Shown piece after piece: positions 1 through 11,600 of a DNA stretch of 64,000 bases. The notes below the pieces were generated by a model. It ran no database searches. It had not been told where the DNA came from and saw only the letters and a program-made list of their open reading frames with translations. Source of the stretch: Octopus vulgaris (lineage: Eukaryota); NCBI GenBank assembly GCA_951406725.2, contig OX597817.1, positions 102,114,001 through 102,178,000 on the forward strand, in the 5' to 3' direction. Every line of letters begins with the position of its first letter. The stretch's first letter is position 1. The position numbers were made by a program, and so were the translations under genes.

Positions 1-363
1 ACCATTTACCAGTGCAAAATTTCTTCTGGAACCGATGTCTTCTTCTACATTGGAGCAACTTTTTCTAAATTAGCTCAAAGGATCTCCAATCATTATTCAA
101 CTTTCCGAGATAAGAGAAAACAACACAGCACGGGACTAAGTAAATTAGTTTGGCGTCTGAAGGACAGCAACACAACTTTCAAGCTGGAATGGTCCATATT
201 GTCGGTGTCTTTTCCGTTTGATAAGGGCAGAAAACTTTGTGGCATCTGTAATTTCGAACTTTTTCATATTTTGTTCGCCAAAGTCCCTTTAATAAATACA
301 ATCGTCGAGAGGTCCTACAGGTGCATGCACTGGCAAAAACACACCTTTCATTCATATGAATAA
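1..363 (+). mobile_element. Penelope-like element, C-terminal GIY-YIG endonuclease coding end (ORF enters from left edge)
   Basis: Frame +1 is open to TAA at 361-363: TIYQCKISSGTDVFFYIGATFSKLAQRISNHYSTF...STGLSKLVWRLK...WSIL...LCGICNFE...LINTIVERSYRCMH. This has the IY..YIG, R..H, CxxC..E and C.H pattern of PLE GIY-YIG domains. The ORF track misses it because it has no start codon in the window. Confidence 0.85.
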
Positions 364-947
364 TGATTAATATAGATAACCCCTTGAATTTTAATTAATA
401 TAACTTCTTTTTTTATATATGTCAGCCCCATAGTCATAAAAATTTTTTTTATAATTTCAAAGAACTACTACACAATCCAGTGAGGTATGTGTTGCCTTAG
501 TCCCTCTACCTCGCCCTCCTCTTTCTCTCTCTATTTCCCTCTTTCTATAGTAAGCACAATCAAACACACAGACACAAACCTCTCACCTCACCACTGTCTG
601 TTTTCTGACATCTACCAATCCATATACACAATCACGCATACACATACACACACACACACATTAATGCAGTTATATGCAGTCACACACACAGGCACTCATT
701 CACAATAGAAATTAACAAAATCCACCATTCATATGACCTGCACCCTTTCACCTTCCTATTCTTATGCCTCTCTCCTCCAACTTCGTTTGAACCCTTGAAC
801 CTTTAGAACCTTCTAGATTCTTCTACATTCAACTACTTTGACGTCACTCCTTATAAAGGAATATTTTAAAGAGACACTCATTATCACTATGGGCTCCGTG
901 TGAGCAATCATCTATAAGTTTTTTGTGCATTTTGATGTTGACATAAG

Positions 948-1046
948 TTCCTTGCTTTTCCTGATGAGAAAGCGGCATAATGTACTCCTTATTCCTTCGC
1001 AATTAGGAATATGCAGCCTTCGAAACATATGTCGAAAATAAAGGAA
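948..1046 (+). ncRNA. Type I hammerhead ribozyme in the PLE 3' terminal region
   Basis: Stem I is TTTTC(956-960)/GAAAA(1034-1038) plus TTCCTT/AAGGAA. The core CTGATGA is at 961-967, stem II is closed by G968-C1021, and GAAA is at 1022-1025. Stem III is the palindrome ACATATGT, with cleavage triplet GTC at 1031-1033. Confidence 0.85.
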
Positions 1047-1334
1047 TTTTGTTAATTCGTCGTTCAGCTCCATTCTTTCATATATTTATATTTTTAAAAT
1101 AAACATACAAATTTCCACACGAAATTCGAATTATCCTTAATAAGATAATTCATTCAACTACTTATATATATATATATATATATATAATATACATTTTTAC
1201 ACATGCATGTATATAGATGTATGTGTATATATATATATATATATATAGATATATATATATACATATATGTATATATATATATGTGTGTGTATGCATGTGT
1301 GTATATATATTATGTAAATAGAGGAAATTTATCT

Positions 1335-1499
1335 ATACAATAATATGTTACATTACTCGGTAGTCAAGATAAAACTCTGAGTTTCAGATGCCGAAGTGGA
1401 AATAGCCAGATAACCGAAGAGATGGTGTTGTGGATTTCCACTTCGGCATCTGAAACTCAGAGTTTTATCTTGACTACCGAGTAATGTAACATATTATTG

Positions 1500-1502
<3 letters not shown>
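1335..1502. repeat. Perfect 69-bp inverted repeat with 30-bp spacer, probably a PLE-type inverted terminus
   Basis: 1335-1403 is the exact reverse complement of 1434-1502. It lies between TA-rich microsatellites. Confidence 0.9.
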
Positions 1503-1545
<43 letters not shown>

Positions 1546-1559
1546 CATGTACATGCATA

Positions 1560-2400
1560 TATACGCATCGACGGCATCAGAGGCAGCTGCAACAGCAGAA
1601 ACAGCAGCACTGACGCCAATGACTCCAGTACCAACGATACAGCCGGAGAAGATGACCATGCCGACACCAGCAGCATCAGTGAAGCTACCAGCATCACACC
1701 CAAACATTACCATCAACGGCACCCACATCATCACCGGTGGCAATAGAACCAACCCTACGGCAAGGGATGACAACAATAACAATCATAGCGATAGCAGCCA
1801 CGAATCCGCGCGTCATAATGATAATAGGCACCGACGGAAGCCCCAACAACACGGGTAGCAAAAGCAACATCCCCAAGCCCGGAGTTGCACCAGTAATGTG
1901 AACACAGCCAAAACCTAAACGTATGGATACATCAGATCAGCCGGTACGGCTTTCAAGCGACGCTCGTGGAACCAGAAAGACGATTCGTCATATCCCTGGC
2001 CAATGATATCAAGTGAAAATCTGAGAATGGCCAAGCCCCTACATCAACGAAAGCGGACACTGCAAGCCCGCATAGCTGAGTGAATTAGAATACTTAAAGA
2101 CTCCATAAGACTTGGGTCGCTGAAAGCTCGCCATGAAACCATGCATCCATTTCAAGCGCTACCTTCTGCAAACACGAGCTTCCTCTTTTACTGACTAAGC
2201 TTGGAAGAGTCCTTACGATTCATTAGAAAGGATAGATCCCTTATTCCCCAAATCGCTGGTCCAGAGGAGGATAGCCTATCCTCACTGTCGCCGGACATTT
2301 TAAATTCTCCGATGATCTTTTAATCATTGACCGTAACAACAGTCTAATGAGTCGTCCACTCATCGGTCAATCTATGACCAGACATTTAACTGTGTTACTT
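1560..2400 (+). mobile_element. Decayed Penelope-like element 3' portion (GIY-YIG relic)
   Basis: Frameshifted fragments at ~1920-2175 (YGYIRSAGTAFKRRSWNQK, YINESGHCK, IRILKDS..SLKARHE, PCIHFKRYLL) parallel the GIY-YIG layout of 1-363. Confidence 0.55.
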
Positions 2401-2421
2401 TAACATATATATATATATATA

Positions 2422-3700
2422 TATGAGGTGCGTTAAAAAAATATTCGACTTAATTTTTCCCGCCGAAATTAATGCCGTGCGGGCAAAATAGCTTGGGTGG
2501 AAGTGATGCCTCCATTGCTGCACATGTGGGAAATTTTTCGCGCCGGTAAGAAGTGTGAATTCCCGGCTGTTAAGCCTAGGGTGCAGATGTGCACTCGTCA
2601 GACTTTTGCTTACACGCCAGATGACCAAACGTATCGAGCAGAGATATGGCATCAAGTTTTGCCAAAAGCTTGGTGATACTCAAGCTCAAACCATTCTGAA
2701 GATTGCGCAGGCTTTTGGCGATGATCCCAATGGAAGCATCGTATTTCTTTATTGCCTACAAGGGGATAAAAATAGAGGAGACAAACAAGGACAGACAAGG
2801 AGATTAAGTCGATTACATCGACTCCAGTGTGTAACTGGTACTTAATTTATCGACCCCGAAATGATGAAAGCAAAGTCGATCTCGGCGGAATTTGAACTCA
2901 GAACGTAGCGGCAGACGAAATACCTATTTCTTTACTACCCACAAGGGGCTAAACACAGAGAGGACAAACAAGGACAGACAAACGGATTAAGTCGATTACA
3001 TCGACCCCAGTGCGTTACTGGTACTTAATTTATCGACCCCGAAAGGATGAAAGGCAAAGTCAACCTCGGCGGAATTTGAACTCAGAACGTAACGGCAGAC
3101 GAAATACCGCTAAGCATTTCGCCCGGCGTGCTAACGTTTCTGCCAGCTCGCCGCCAATGGAAGCATCTGTCGTCATCAAGGCTCCAAAGAAGCACAACAG
3201 ATTCTCAGCTATGTGAAGGTATTATGGACTTGTTTCTTTGGCTCCGGTAGTATTGTGCATCATGAATACGCATCACAACGCCAAACAATCCAAAACGAAT
3301 ACTACATGGTGGTTATACGTCGCTTTCGTGATGCTGTGCGTTGAAGGTGGCCGAACATGTGGGTAGCGAAGTATTGGCAGCTTCATCGCGACAATACACT
3401 CGCTCATTCCGTCCACATAATCCAAGCTTCCTTAGTCAAGAACAACACACCACTTGTTCGACAGGTTCCCTACTCTCCCAACTTGGCACCATGTGACTCC
3501 TGGTTCTTCTCCAAACGGAAAACCACGTTGAAAGTGGATCGATTTGAGTTGCGAGAGGAAATTATGAGAAAAACGACGGAGCTTCATTTCATTCCAGAGA
3601 AGGCGTTCCAAAGGTGTTACCAGCAATGGCAGAACTGCTTGGAGAAGTGTGCAAACTCCCAAGGGGAGTATTTTGAAGGTGATAAAATAAAATTTGTGAA
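2422..3700 (+). mobile_element. Mariner-family transposon, internally deleted and pseudogenised, interrupted by a SINE
   Basis: A TIR-like TATGAGGTGCGTTAAAAAAATA follows (TA)n. The N-terminus is MTKRIEQRYGIKFCQKLGDTQAQT..AFGDD. After the SINE come QWKH..., WQLHRDNTLAHS, YSPNLAPCDSWFF and KCANSQGEYFEGD, with a stop and frameshift. Confidence 0.85.
2741..3153 (-). mobile_element. tRNA-derived SINE, partial tandem dimer, with 14-bp TSD
   Basis: On the minus strand there is a head GGCGAGCTGGCAGAAACGTTAGC with a B-box-like GAGTTCAAATTCC and a Meta-like core GCCTTTCATCCTTTCGGGGTCGATAAATTAAGTACCAG. The body is present twice. TSD CCAATGGAAGCATC is at 2727-2740 and 3154-3167. Confidence 0.9.
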
Positions 3701-5699
3701 AAGCCTTAAATCACGCTCCAAATTTCCTTTTCTTTTTGGTTTTTACAAAATTGTATGAATTCTCGTGTGTAGAATATAAATTTGCAAAAACTTTCTGAAA
3801 ATACCAAAAATATAAAATTTATGAGAGGCTATATGGCGTGCATAAAGAAAATTCAGCCAATATTTCTTTTGTTTACAGTTGACAACATGTGCTGTCACAA
3901 ACAAAATCACAGCTTCCAAATCCTGTTTTCTGACAAGGTAAAAATGATAAAACTGATAAACCTCTGTAATTTTAAACACTTTTTTTTTCTGGAAAAAGTT
4001 AAATATCCCCTGAGATTCAATGTGGAAAATTACATCAATATACCAAATTTAAAAATTTTCACTAAACTTTGAAATATCCACAGGTACAGCCAAACAGAAA
4101 AGGTCAAAGTTGTGCTCCGACTTGAACAGGGAAAGGCTCCATCACATACAAAATACCTAAGAAACGCTGTATATCACGACGTCGCCCCTACGGCTCCGTC
4201 AAGGAAGGATATTACAAGTCCTTATTTCATTGACTTCAGGGGATAAAAAATACAAAGTCGGTTCCCAGCAGTTAAACCACACACTTGTGTAGATGTAAAA
4301 TGTTGATTTCTTGTATAGACACAAGGACTCAAAATGTTGCAGAAGAGGTTGACGATTATATTGGTCCAAACACGTTACCAGTACGCAACATATCAATCCC
4401 AGGCCAGAAGTGAAAGATGACCTACACTGGAATCAAAATTTTAAAAAAATGAAGAATGACTAAATATTACATGTAATTTTGCCAAAGCACCTCCCATGTA
4501 ATTTTTACTGTTGGTTTTGTTATTTATTCGCAAGGTATTTTGTGCAATAAAGTTTAGGCAGTATTTCTTGACGCCTATAAAGTTGTTGCTTTTGCAAACT
4601 TACTCTAAAGACATGCTGATTAAAACTATTTTAAGTGTTTAAAAACGAAGTGGACAATGTAGCAAAAATGCTATAAAAATAAGAAGATACACCCTACAAT
4701 TTATATAGTATGCAATTCAAAGCAGAAAAATGTATGTCCTTTGTTCAAAAGTAAAATAGGTTTGACTAGAAAGATAATCGTTACATAGTCAGACTAGTAT
4801 TGCTCTGTGTTGGTAAGAATCAATTCAATAGAAAGGTATAAGAAGGACCTTGAAGTAGAACTTTTTTTTTTTTTTTTGAATCAACTCAAGACAAAATTCT
4901 ATTTATTCAGAGAAAATATTTAAGTGAAATATTTTCACAGTTGAAGTTACTGTAGCTCTTACTAACAAAATTGTAAGTGCTACGGTGGTTTTTTCTCCAC
5001 TAAAACACAGAAGACTACCGGCATGATATTAATTCAAAGTTAATAACATTATATCATACATTAATGTAAATCAGGACACTTTAAACTTGCAAGAAGTCTA
5101 TTACTAACCATCGTAAGTTATTTAGTTTTAATGAACCTCAGTTATTCTTTAATGCCAGTTGTACCTTAATCAAAAATGCCCATGCTGTTATTCATGACAA
5201 GTGAATTTCGTTCCTTACCTGTCATCAACATTGCAATTCATTTAAATCCCAGTCAAAAAGATGATTTTTTAGAACAACCTGCAAAGAGACCTTTGCATGA
5301 CTGCTCGACCTACTGAAAATTTCTAAATCTCTCTTAAGTTACACCATACTGTCTAGAAAGAGGATGTAAGTAAAGAAACAACATGGCTAAAATGCTGCAG
5401 TTCACAGGTCTACTCAAACATGACGGATCTTGGGCTATATGATCATGACTATAGCACAACTATAGTATAAAGTCCCACACCTAAAGTTCTACTTCAGTCA
5501 AGTTCAAACACGCACTGATCATCATTGGAAATAGTATCAGCCCATGGTTGACAAGATTCTTGAATGGTGTGGACTGCCAGTTCTAGAACAAATTGTAGTC
5601 AAGACTGCTAGTTTCGGTACAAAGTCAAAATATTTTTTAGGCAATCAGTTATGACATTCAACAATTGGAACAATATGTACATCAAAATGAATTACTCGT

Positions 5700-6680
5700 T
5701 GTTCCAGTTAAAAAAAAAAAAAGCTTATACAAGGCTCGAGGCACAGCTGGCTATTTATGATTCCAGAAGAACTAATTTTAGCAAACAATTCCTCCACTCA
5801 AGCAAACTGCTAATGCAGTGGCCTTTTCTGCAATCGATGTAACTTTACACTTAGGTAGCAAGAACTTCTCATTCTACTTTTAAGATGTTATCAACTTGAT
5901 GTGGACAAGCAGAGGTTATGAAGCAAGTTAAGTTGAAAATGTATGATGAACACAATTTCTCACAGACTAGCATTTGAGGTTTTTTATTGTACTTCACAAG
6001 ATCTCAGAGGTAGCACCAACATAACAAATAGAGTCAATGACTTTGTCTCTGGTGATCTGAAGCAAACTCCATCAGTCATCCCAAAATACATATACATTGA
6101 AGAGCTCAGAGCATGCCTTACAGAAAGGCTGTATCTGTAAACAGGAGCAACAGACTTCCATCTTTTTACCAACATGAGAGTTGCATTTCATAGAAATGTC
6201 TCAGTAGCCCAGTTTGCAATAAGTTTTACTTTATCTAGAAGCAATGGTTACCTACCAATTGACACCAAAAATGATGTCAAAGTACAAAAAAGAAAAAAGT
6301 GGAAAATTATCAACATTTCACAAGAAATGCTACCGGCAGTTTATCCTTGCCTTTGTCACAATGATAGAAACGAGTGATTTTCTGAATTCTATCATGGCTC
6401 CAGCAAATTACATTGTGTATGATATTAAGACTTTCTACTAAAGGCACAAGGCCTGTAATATTAATACCACCATCATTCAGCAGGAACCAGCCCAATCTAG
6501 ATGATACGTCAGTTCACACTGTGATTGGTATTACCAATGCCGTTAACTATCCAAAAGAAATTCTCAGTTCTCTTCTATCCACTAGTATCCTTCACAATAT
6601 AGGAACACCTGCTATAATGCTCCAAAATATAAAAACACTAAAGACTAGCAGTGAAACCCTTATGTCCATCTAACTGAAGC
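5700..6680 (+). mobile_element. Helitron RepHel (Pif1-like helicase) relic
   Basis: Degenerate motifs occur in order: ANAVAFSAI, ARTSHSTFK, ISHRLAFE...QDLRG...SGDLKQTPSVIPK...ELRACL, LFTNMRV...AQFA, AVNYPKEILSSL...IGTPAIMLQN. They match the Helitron helicase motifs GRTAHS, GDFRQ.LPV, TNMR, YP.EFLNSL and G.P.MLLRN. Confidence 0.75.
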
Positions 6681-7044
6681 CACCATTAACATGAGTTGTA
6701 CTAAGATGTTTTCATTCCATACATTCCCATCATCTCCTATGTTATTTCATTTCAGGTATTTTCAGTTTCCAGTGACATTGTCTTTTTCTATGACCATCAA
6801 TAAGTTATAGGCATAGTCCTTCAGGATTACTGGAGTTCAATTGATGCATATTAACCAAGCTCACATCTTTTCATCAGAGTATCATACAAGAGAACAAGGA
6901 GTGTTAGGGTTGATTGTTTTAAGTGTTATATATCAATTTAGAATTACAAGAAAATTTATAATGTAAAACAAGGATAGTATTTTCATAAGTCACAAAATTA
7001 AAATTATCAACAAATAATCTTAAAAGCTACACATGCATTTGCAT

Positions 7045-7465
7045 TACATCACCATCATCCTCTAATGTCTGTTTTCCATGCTGGTATAGGTTGGACGGTT
7101 TAACTGAAAACTGGTAAACTATACCTGGTTCCAATCTGATTTGGCATGGCTTCTGCAGCTGGATGTTCTTCCTTATGTCAGCCTCTCTAAGAGTGTAGTG
7201 GGTGCTTTTTATGTGCCAGTTATGAAACACCAGCATTGGCCATGACTACAATCTCACTTGGCTTGTCAGATCTTCTCAAGCGTGGTATATTGCCAAAGGT
7301 TTTGGGCACTTGTCACTGCCGTGAGGCCCAAAGTTTGAAGGGTGCTTTTATGTACAACTGGCACAAGTGCCAGTTATGTGACACTGGCATTGGCCATGAT
7401 TACATATCACCTAATGTTTGAAAGGCGCTTTTTATGTGCCAGTTACATGACACTTGCATCAGCCA
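7045..7465 (-). mobile_element. RTE-LINE 3' tail-derived repeat (degenerate)
   Basis: It shares CCATGCT..ATGGGTTGGACGGTT and AGTGTAGTGGGTGCTTTTATGTGCCA-type sequence with the tail at 39950-40140. Confidence 0.65.
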
Positions 7466-7879
7466 GTAAAAATATATGCAAATATTACATCATCACATAC
7501 AAAACACACTACATAAAAACTTGCTATAAGTTAGTTTAGCTTATCAAAGTAATGTTTTGACATAGTCAACACGTGGACAATGCTGAGTACCTTTGATAGC
7601 AGGTGTGTGTCTGTGTCAGAATTTTTGCTAGTCCTCTACATTTTGAGGCAGAGGTAACATTCAGTTTATTCTTGCAGCACATGAAAGCCAATGGAATAAA
7701 GTATTCTACTTGGAAACTTGTAAGTGATGGTTCAAGCAAGGGCTTCTGATTGAATAAATCAAGAAATCTCATTCAACCAATGTCAGCATGGAAAAAAGAG
7801 AAGCAAAAATGATGGTGGTGGTTGTTGTCTTGAGAAAAAACTACACAAATGGCTCAGTTATGCATATAATATACATGCA

Positions 7880-8290
7880 GTGCTTTTCGAATCATTTTTG
7901 ACAAGGTGGAAAGGTCTTCTTGAGAAGTACTTATTGCCCACCATCCTGGTCCTTTGTCATCTCTGGGATATTCAAGGTCCTGATATCAGCATTCACCACT
8001 TTATCTCATGTTTTCTTCCACATTTAAGTGATCAGTGCTTCTTTATCCATCCATATACATGTCCCATACGAGCACAGCATTTTTTTCTTGCATATTATAT
8101 CTGATCCCTCTTATGACCATTTTCTCTCTCAGAACATTTGTACTATCTATTTCTTTACTACCTACAAGGGGCTAAACACAGAGGGGACAATCATTCATGC
8201 ACATTTGCACTGTTCATTCAACAGAACTTGCTTGCCCCTTATATGCATACACATACAACCAACTGATGCCAACCAAATTCTACTCACAAG
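7880..8290 (-). mobile_element. RTE LINE reverse-transcriptase 3' end relic
   Basis: The minus-strand fragment PEMTKDQDG..VLLKK resembles the end of the RTE ORF at 40828-41360 (TEEMTSDRDLWK). Confidence 0.5.
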
Positions 8291-8446
8291 GCATTGGTTA
8301 ACTCGAGGTTATCGTCTACTAAAGACACTTACCCAGCATTCCATGTAGTGGGACTGAATTTGGAACCATAGGGTGTGAAGTGAATTTAGCCACACTGCCG
8401 TTAAAATGTATCTATAGATAATAATTATTATTATTCAGCTTAATAT

Positions 8447-8663
8447 AGCAAGTTAGGAGAATGGTTAGCATGCCAACCCAGATGCTTACCAGCATTTTGT
8501 CCATCTCTATATTCTGAGTTCAAACTTTGCCACAGTTGACTTTGCTTTCCATCATCTCAGTGTCAATAAAATAAGTACCAGTTGAGCATTGGGGTCAATC
8601 TAATTGACTTAACCTCTTCCCTGAAGTTTCTGGCCTTGTGGCAAAATTTGAAGCCATTATTAT
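8447..8663 (+). mobile_element. tRNA-derived SINE (old, CpG-decayed), same family as 2741-3153
   Basis: TTCTGAGTTCAAACTTTGCC...GACTTTGCTTTCCATCATCTCAGTGTCAATAAAATAAGTACCAG. Confidence 0.75.
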
Positions 8664-11600
8664 TTAACTTAATACATCAAGCATTTATCATTCCAGGCTA
8701 CTCTGTATTAGATTATTCTATTCAGCTGTCATAAGTGTTTCATAACAATTTTAATTGCTAAATAATCAATATAATAATAAAAAACAACACAAACAATATC
8801 TAGAAATGATGTTTTACACTGTATTTTGTTTCAAATGTACAAGCTTGGACAACAAGAACAAATTTAAATTTTTGTTTTGGATGTTTTTTTTCTTCAAAAA
8901 GAAGAATGAGAAACCAGAAAGTACAAAAAAAGAAAAAGAAAAAAAAAAGATGAAAACTTTCTGTGTGATGATGTAAGACAATATACAGATATGGGGAATT
9001 GTGAGAGGACAAGAGCTCTTGAACATCTTTTTGGTTTTAAACATTAATTTAATTTATTGGTTTTAATCACAAAAAAGAGAGAGAAATTTAGGTAACTTAC
9101 TAACAAAATCTACCTAAGTATATATTTGAATGATAAAATTTCAATGATGTCACAGAATAATTTTATTTCTTCAGTAAAAATGAGTCTTTGTCTTTTACTA
9201 GGCACAAGGTGCATCTGAATCAGCCCCAGCAGTTTTCTGATACTTTATGCTATCCACAGAAAAAAAAAAAACTAAAAAAAAAAGCAAATCAAAAACCCCT
9301 TGAATGCAGATATGTAAACACCAAACAATATATTGTAAAGCAGCATCTAGCCTGGCACTGTTCTTTTCTCTGTGCTCATCTGCCCTTCAATCAGAAATTA
9401 AATTATCTCATACATGAGCACAATGCCTCAGATTTTATAAAGTAGCAGAAATAAGATTATGTAAAGTTCATGCTTTTCTCAAAAGCATTAACCACCAATT
9501 CAACTGAAGTGAAATAACGACAATTAGAAATTGAAATTGGGTCATGGATTTGGTTTGCTGAGGAGTATACCTCTTTCTCAATGATATCTCTTACATTTAG
9601 TAATAATAAAAATACAGACATGGAATAAGAATTAGAGAGAGAAAAAAAAAAGAGATGTGAGATGAAATAAATGCAATGTACAGAAAAGAAGTGAGGCTAA
9701 AAAAAAAGAAAAGAAAAGGAAAAAGCATGAGGTAGTTAAAGAGTCCAAATTCAATAGTATAGAAGTAAATAAAAACAATATTCTAGCTTATACTTGTTGC
9801 TTTCGCTTTCACAAGAAACATTTTCATGAGAGTTGTTTACAGATTTCTTTAGGAGATGATGTTTTAATATTAAAGAATAACAGTTGAGCATATTACAGAG
9901 AAGTGTACTACTAAATAAACAGAAAGAATTTAGTGAATGGAAACAAAAAAAGAGAATGAACAAAAACAAAATCAAGACTAGGAATAATAAATACAGTTTA
10001 CTAATTAAGGAAATGTGTCTTTTCATATTTGAATTTTGTCTTTTTGAAAATGGATAGTTAATTTTATTCCAACACAAAAAGAAAACTGTTGCAGGTGTTT
10101 GCTTCTATTTATAGGTATTATATGTTCTAGAACTAATATAAACATTTACACGTGCATGTGACTGCATGCATTTACATATATGTAAATACAAATATACATA
10201 CATATATGTGTGTATATATATATATATATAGAGAGACACACACACACACACACACATATATTTATATACATGCACACATATACAAACATAAGAAAACAAA
10301 CATTTACAAAATGTTGAGAGAGACAGAGAAAGAGAGAGAAGGAAAGAAACAGCTGGCTATCTACATAAGCTTATTGGAATTATTAAAATGATCACTTGTT
10401 TTATTTGAAAGAGAATTTCAGATATTTAGTAATGTTATAAATAATGAGAAAAACACACAAAACAGCTCTGTTGATAAGTTTGCACTCAGAAAATGTTACT
10501 TGATAAAATAACAATAATATTATGTCTGGCTAACTTGATACATGAATTTAGGGAAGTAATATGTGTGTTTGTATACATACAGACTATATATATATATATA
10601 CTTATAAGATTACGAGGCAAGGACAAGGCAAACAAACAACACATGAAGTCTGACAAGCAATACATGTGGAGGGAAAAGTATAGAAATATAAAGCAAAATA
10701 ACAACAATGGAAGAAGTGTACAATGGAAATAAATATTGCAAAGGAAGAAATAGGAAAAATTTTGACAGCTTAAAGACTCTAAAGAGAAGGAAAAAGGAAT
10801 AAATGGTTGGAAGAGAAAAATGAAAATAAATGATACTGAATTTACCACTGCTTCCATTGCAGGCCTTCTTGTGCATGTGTGTGTACACAACCATATATAT
10901 ATATATATACATATGCATGCTTACTTGTGCATGTGTGTGTGTGTATATATATATATATGCAGACATACACACATCTAGTGTCAAATAAAAAAAAAAACTA
11001 GTACTTCTAAATCATTGGCAGATGTTGTTTGAAGGTTTACAGTGAGTGACCAATGAAAGGTCAGAAGCTGTGGTCTTTGAAACAAAAGTAGCATTGACTA
11101 ACACAAAGGAACGATGCTCATACAAAAGTACATTGGGGAAACTAAGGTCCTTTTGAGGCCAAGGTGAATATCACAGACCCTCTTTTAGAATCCCAAAATG
11201 GCATAATGTTACAATTTTAGCCAGCTAAATATGGCAAGAGAATGGGATGCAACATCATAGAACACCAACTGGATGTTGCTGAAACATTCTAGGTTATACC
11301 TTAATGAAAGTAGAAGATATAGACTCTGCTTGAAGAGGAGAATCACTCTAAAAAAATTCACATGATCAGAGTGCTTCCCTGAAATTGAAAAAGGAAATTT
11401 TCAGATGCTGCCCTAATGAGTGGAAATTTGTTTTGGCAACATGGTAATATCTGTTTTGAACCTGAGAACTATATGTATATATATACACACAAACATTCAG
11501 TTTACATGCATCACCCATGGCCAATAACTCTTCCTTTCTTCTGAAAAATAATCATTTCACCTTTTTGCTACCATAGAGTCTTTCTAGAATCTATTTATTT

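Noticed and set aside
1474-1876. Several overlapping low-complexity ORFs
   Set aside because: They begin in or run through TA microsatellite and lie within a decayed PLE.
2300-2395. CCGATGA/CTAATGAG motifs with an ATTGACCG/CGGTCAAT hairpin as a possible hammerhead
   Set aside because: No GAAA-stem III-NUH half could be placed.
3705-4210. Possible DNA-transposon end truncating the mariner
   Set aside because: No matching TIR pair or coding homology could be identified by eye.
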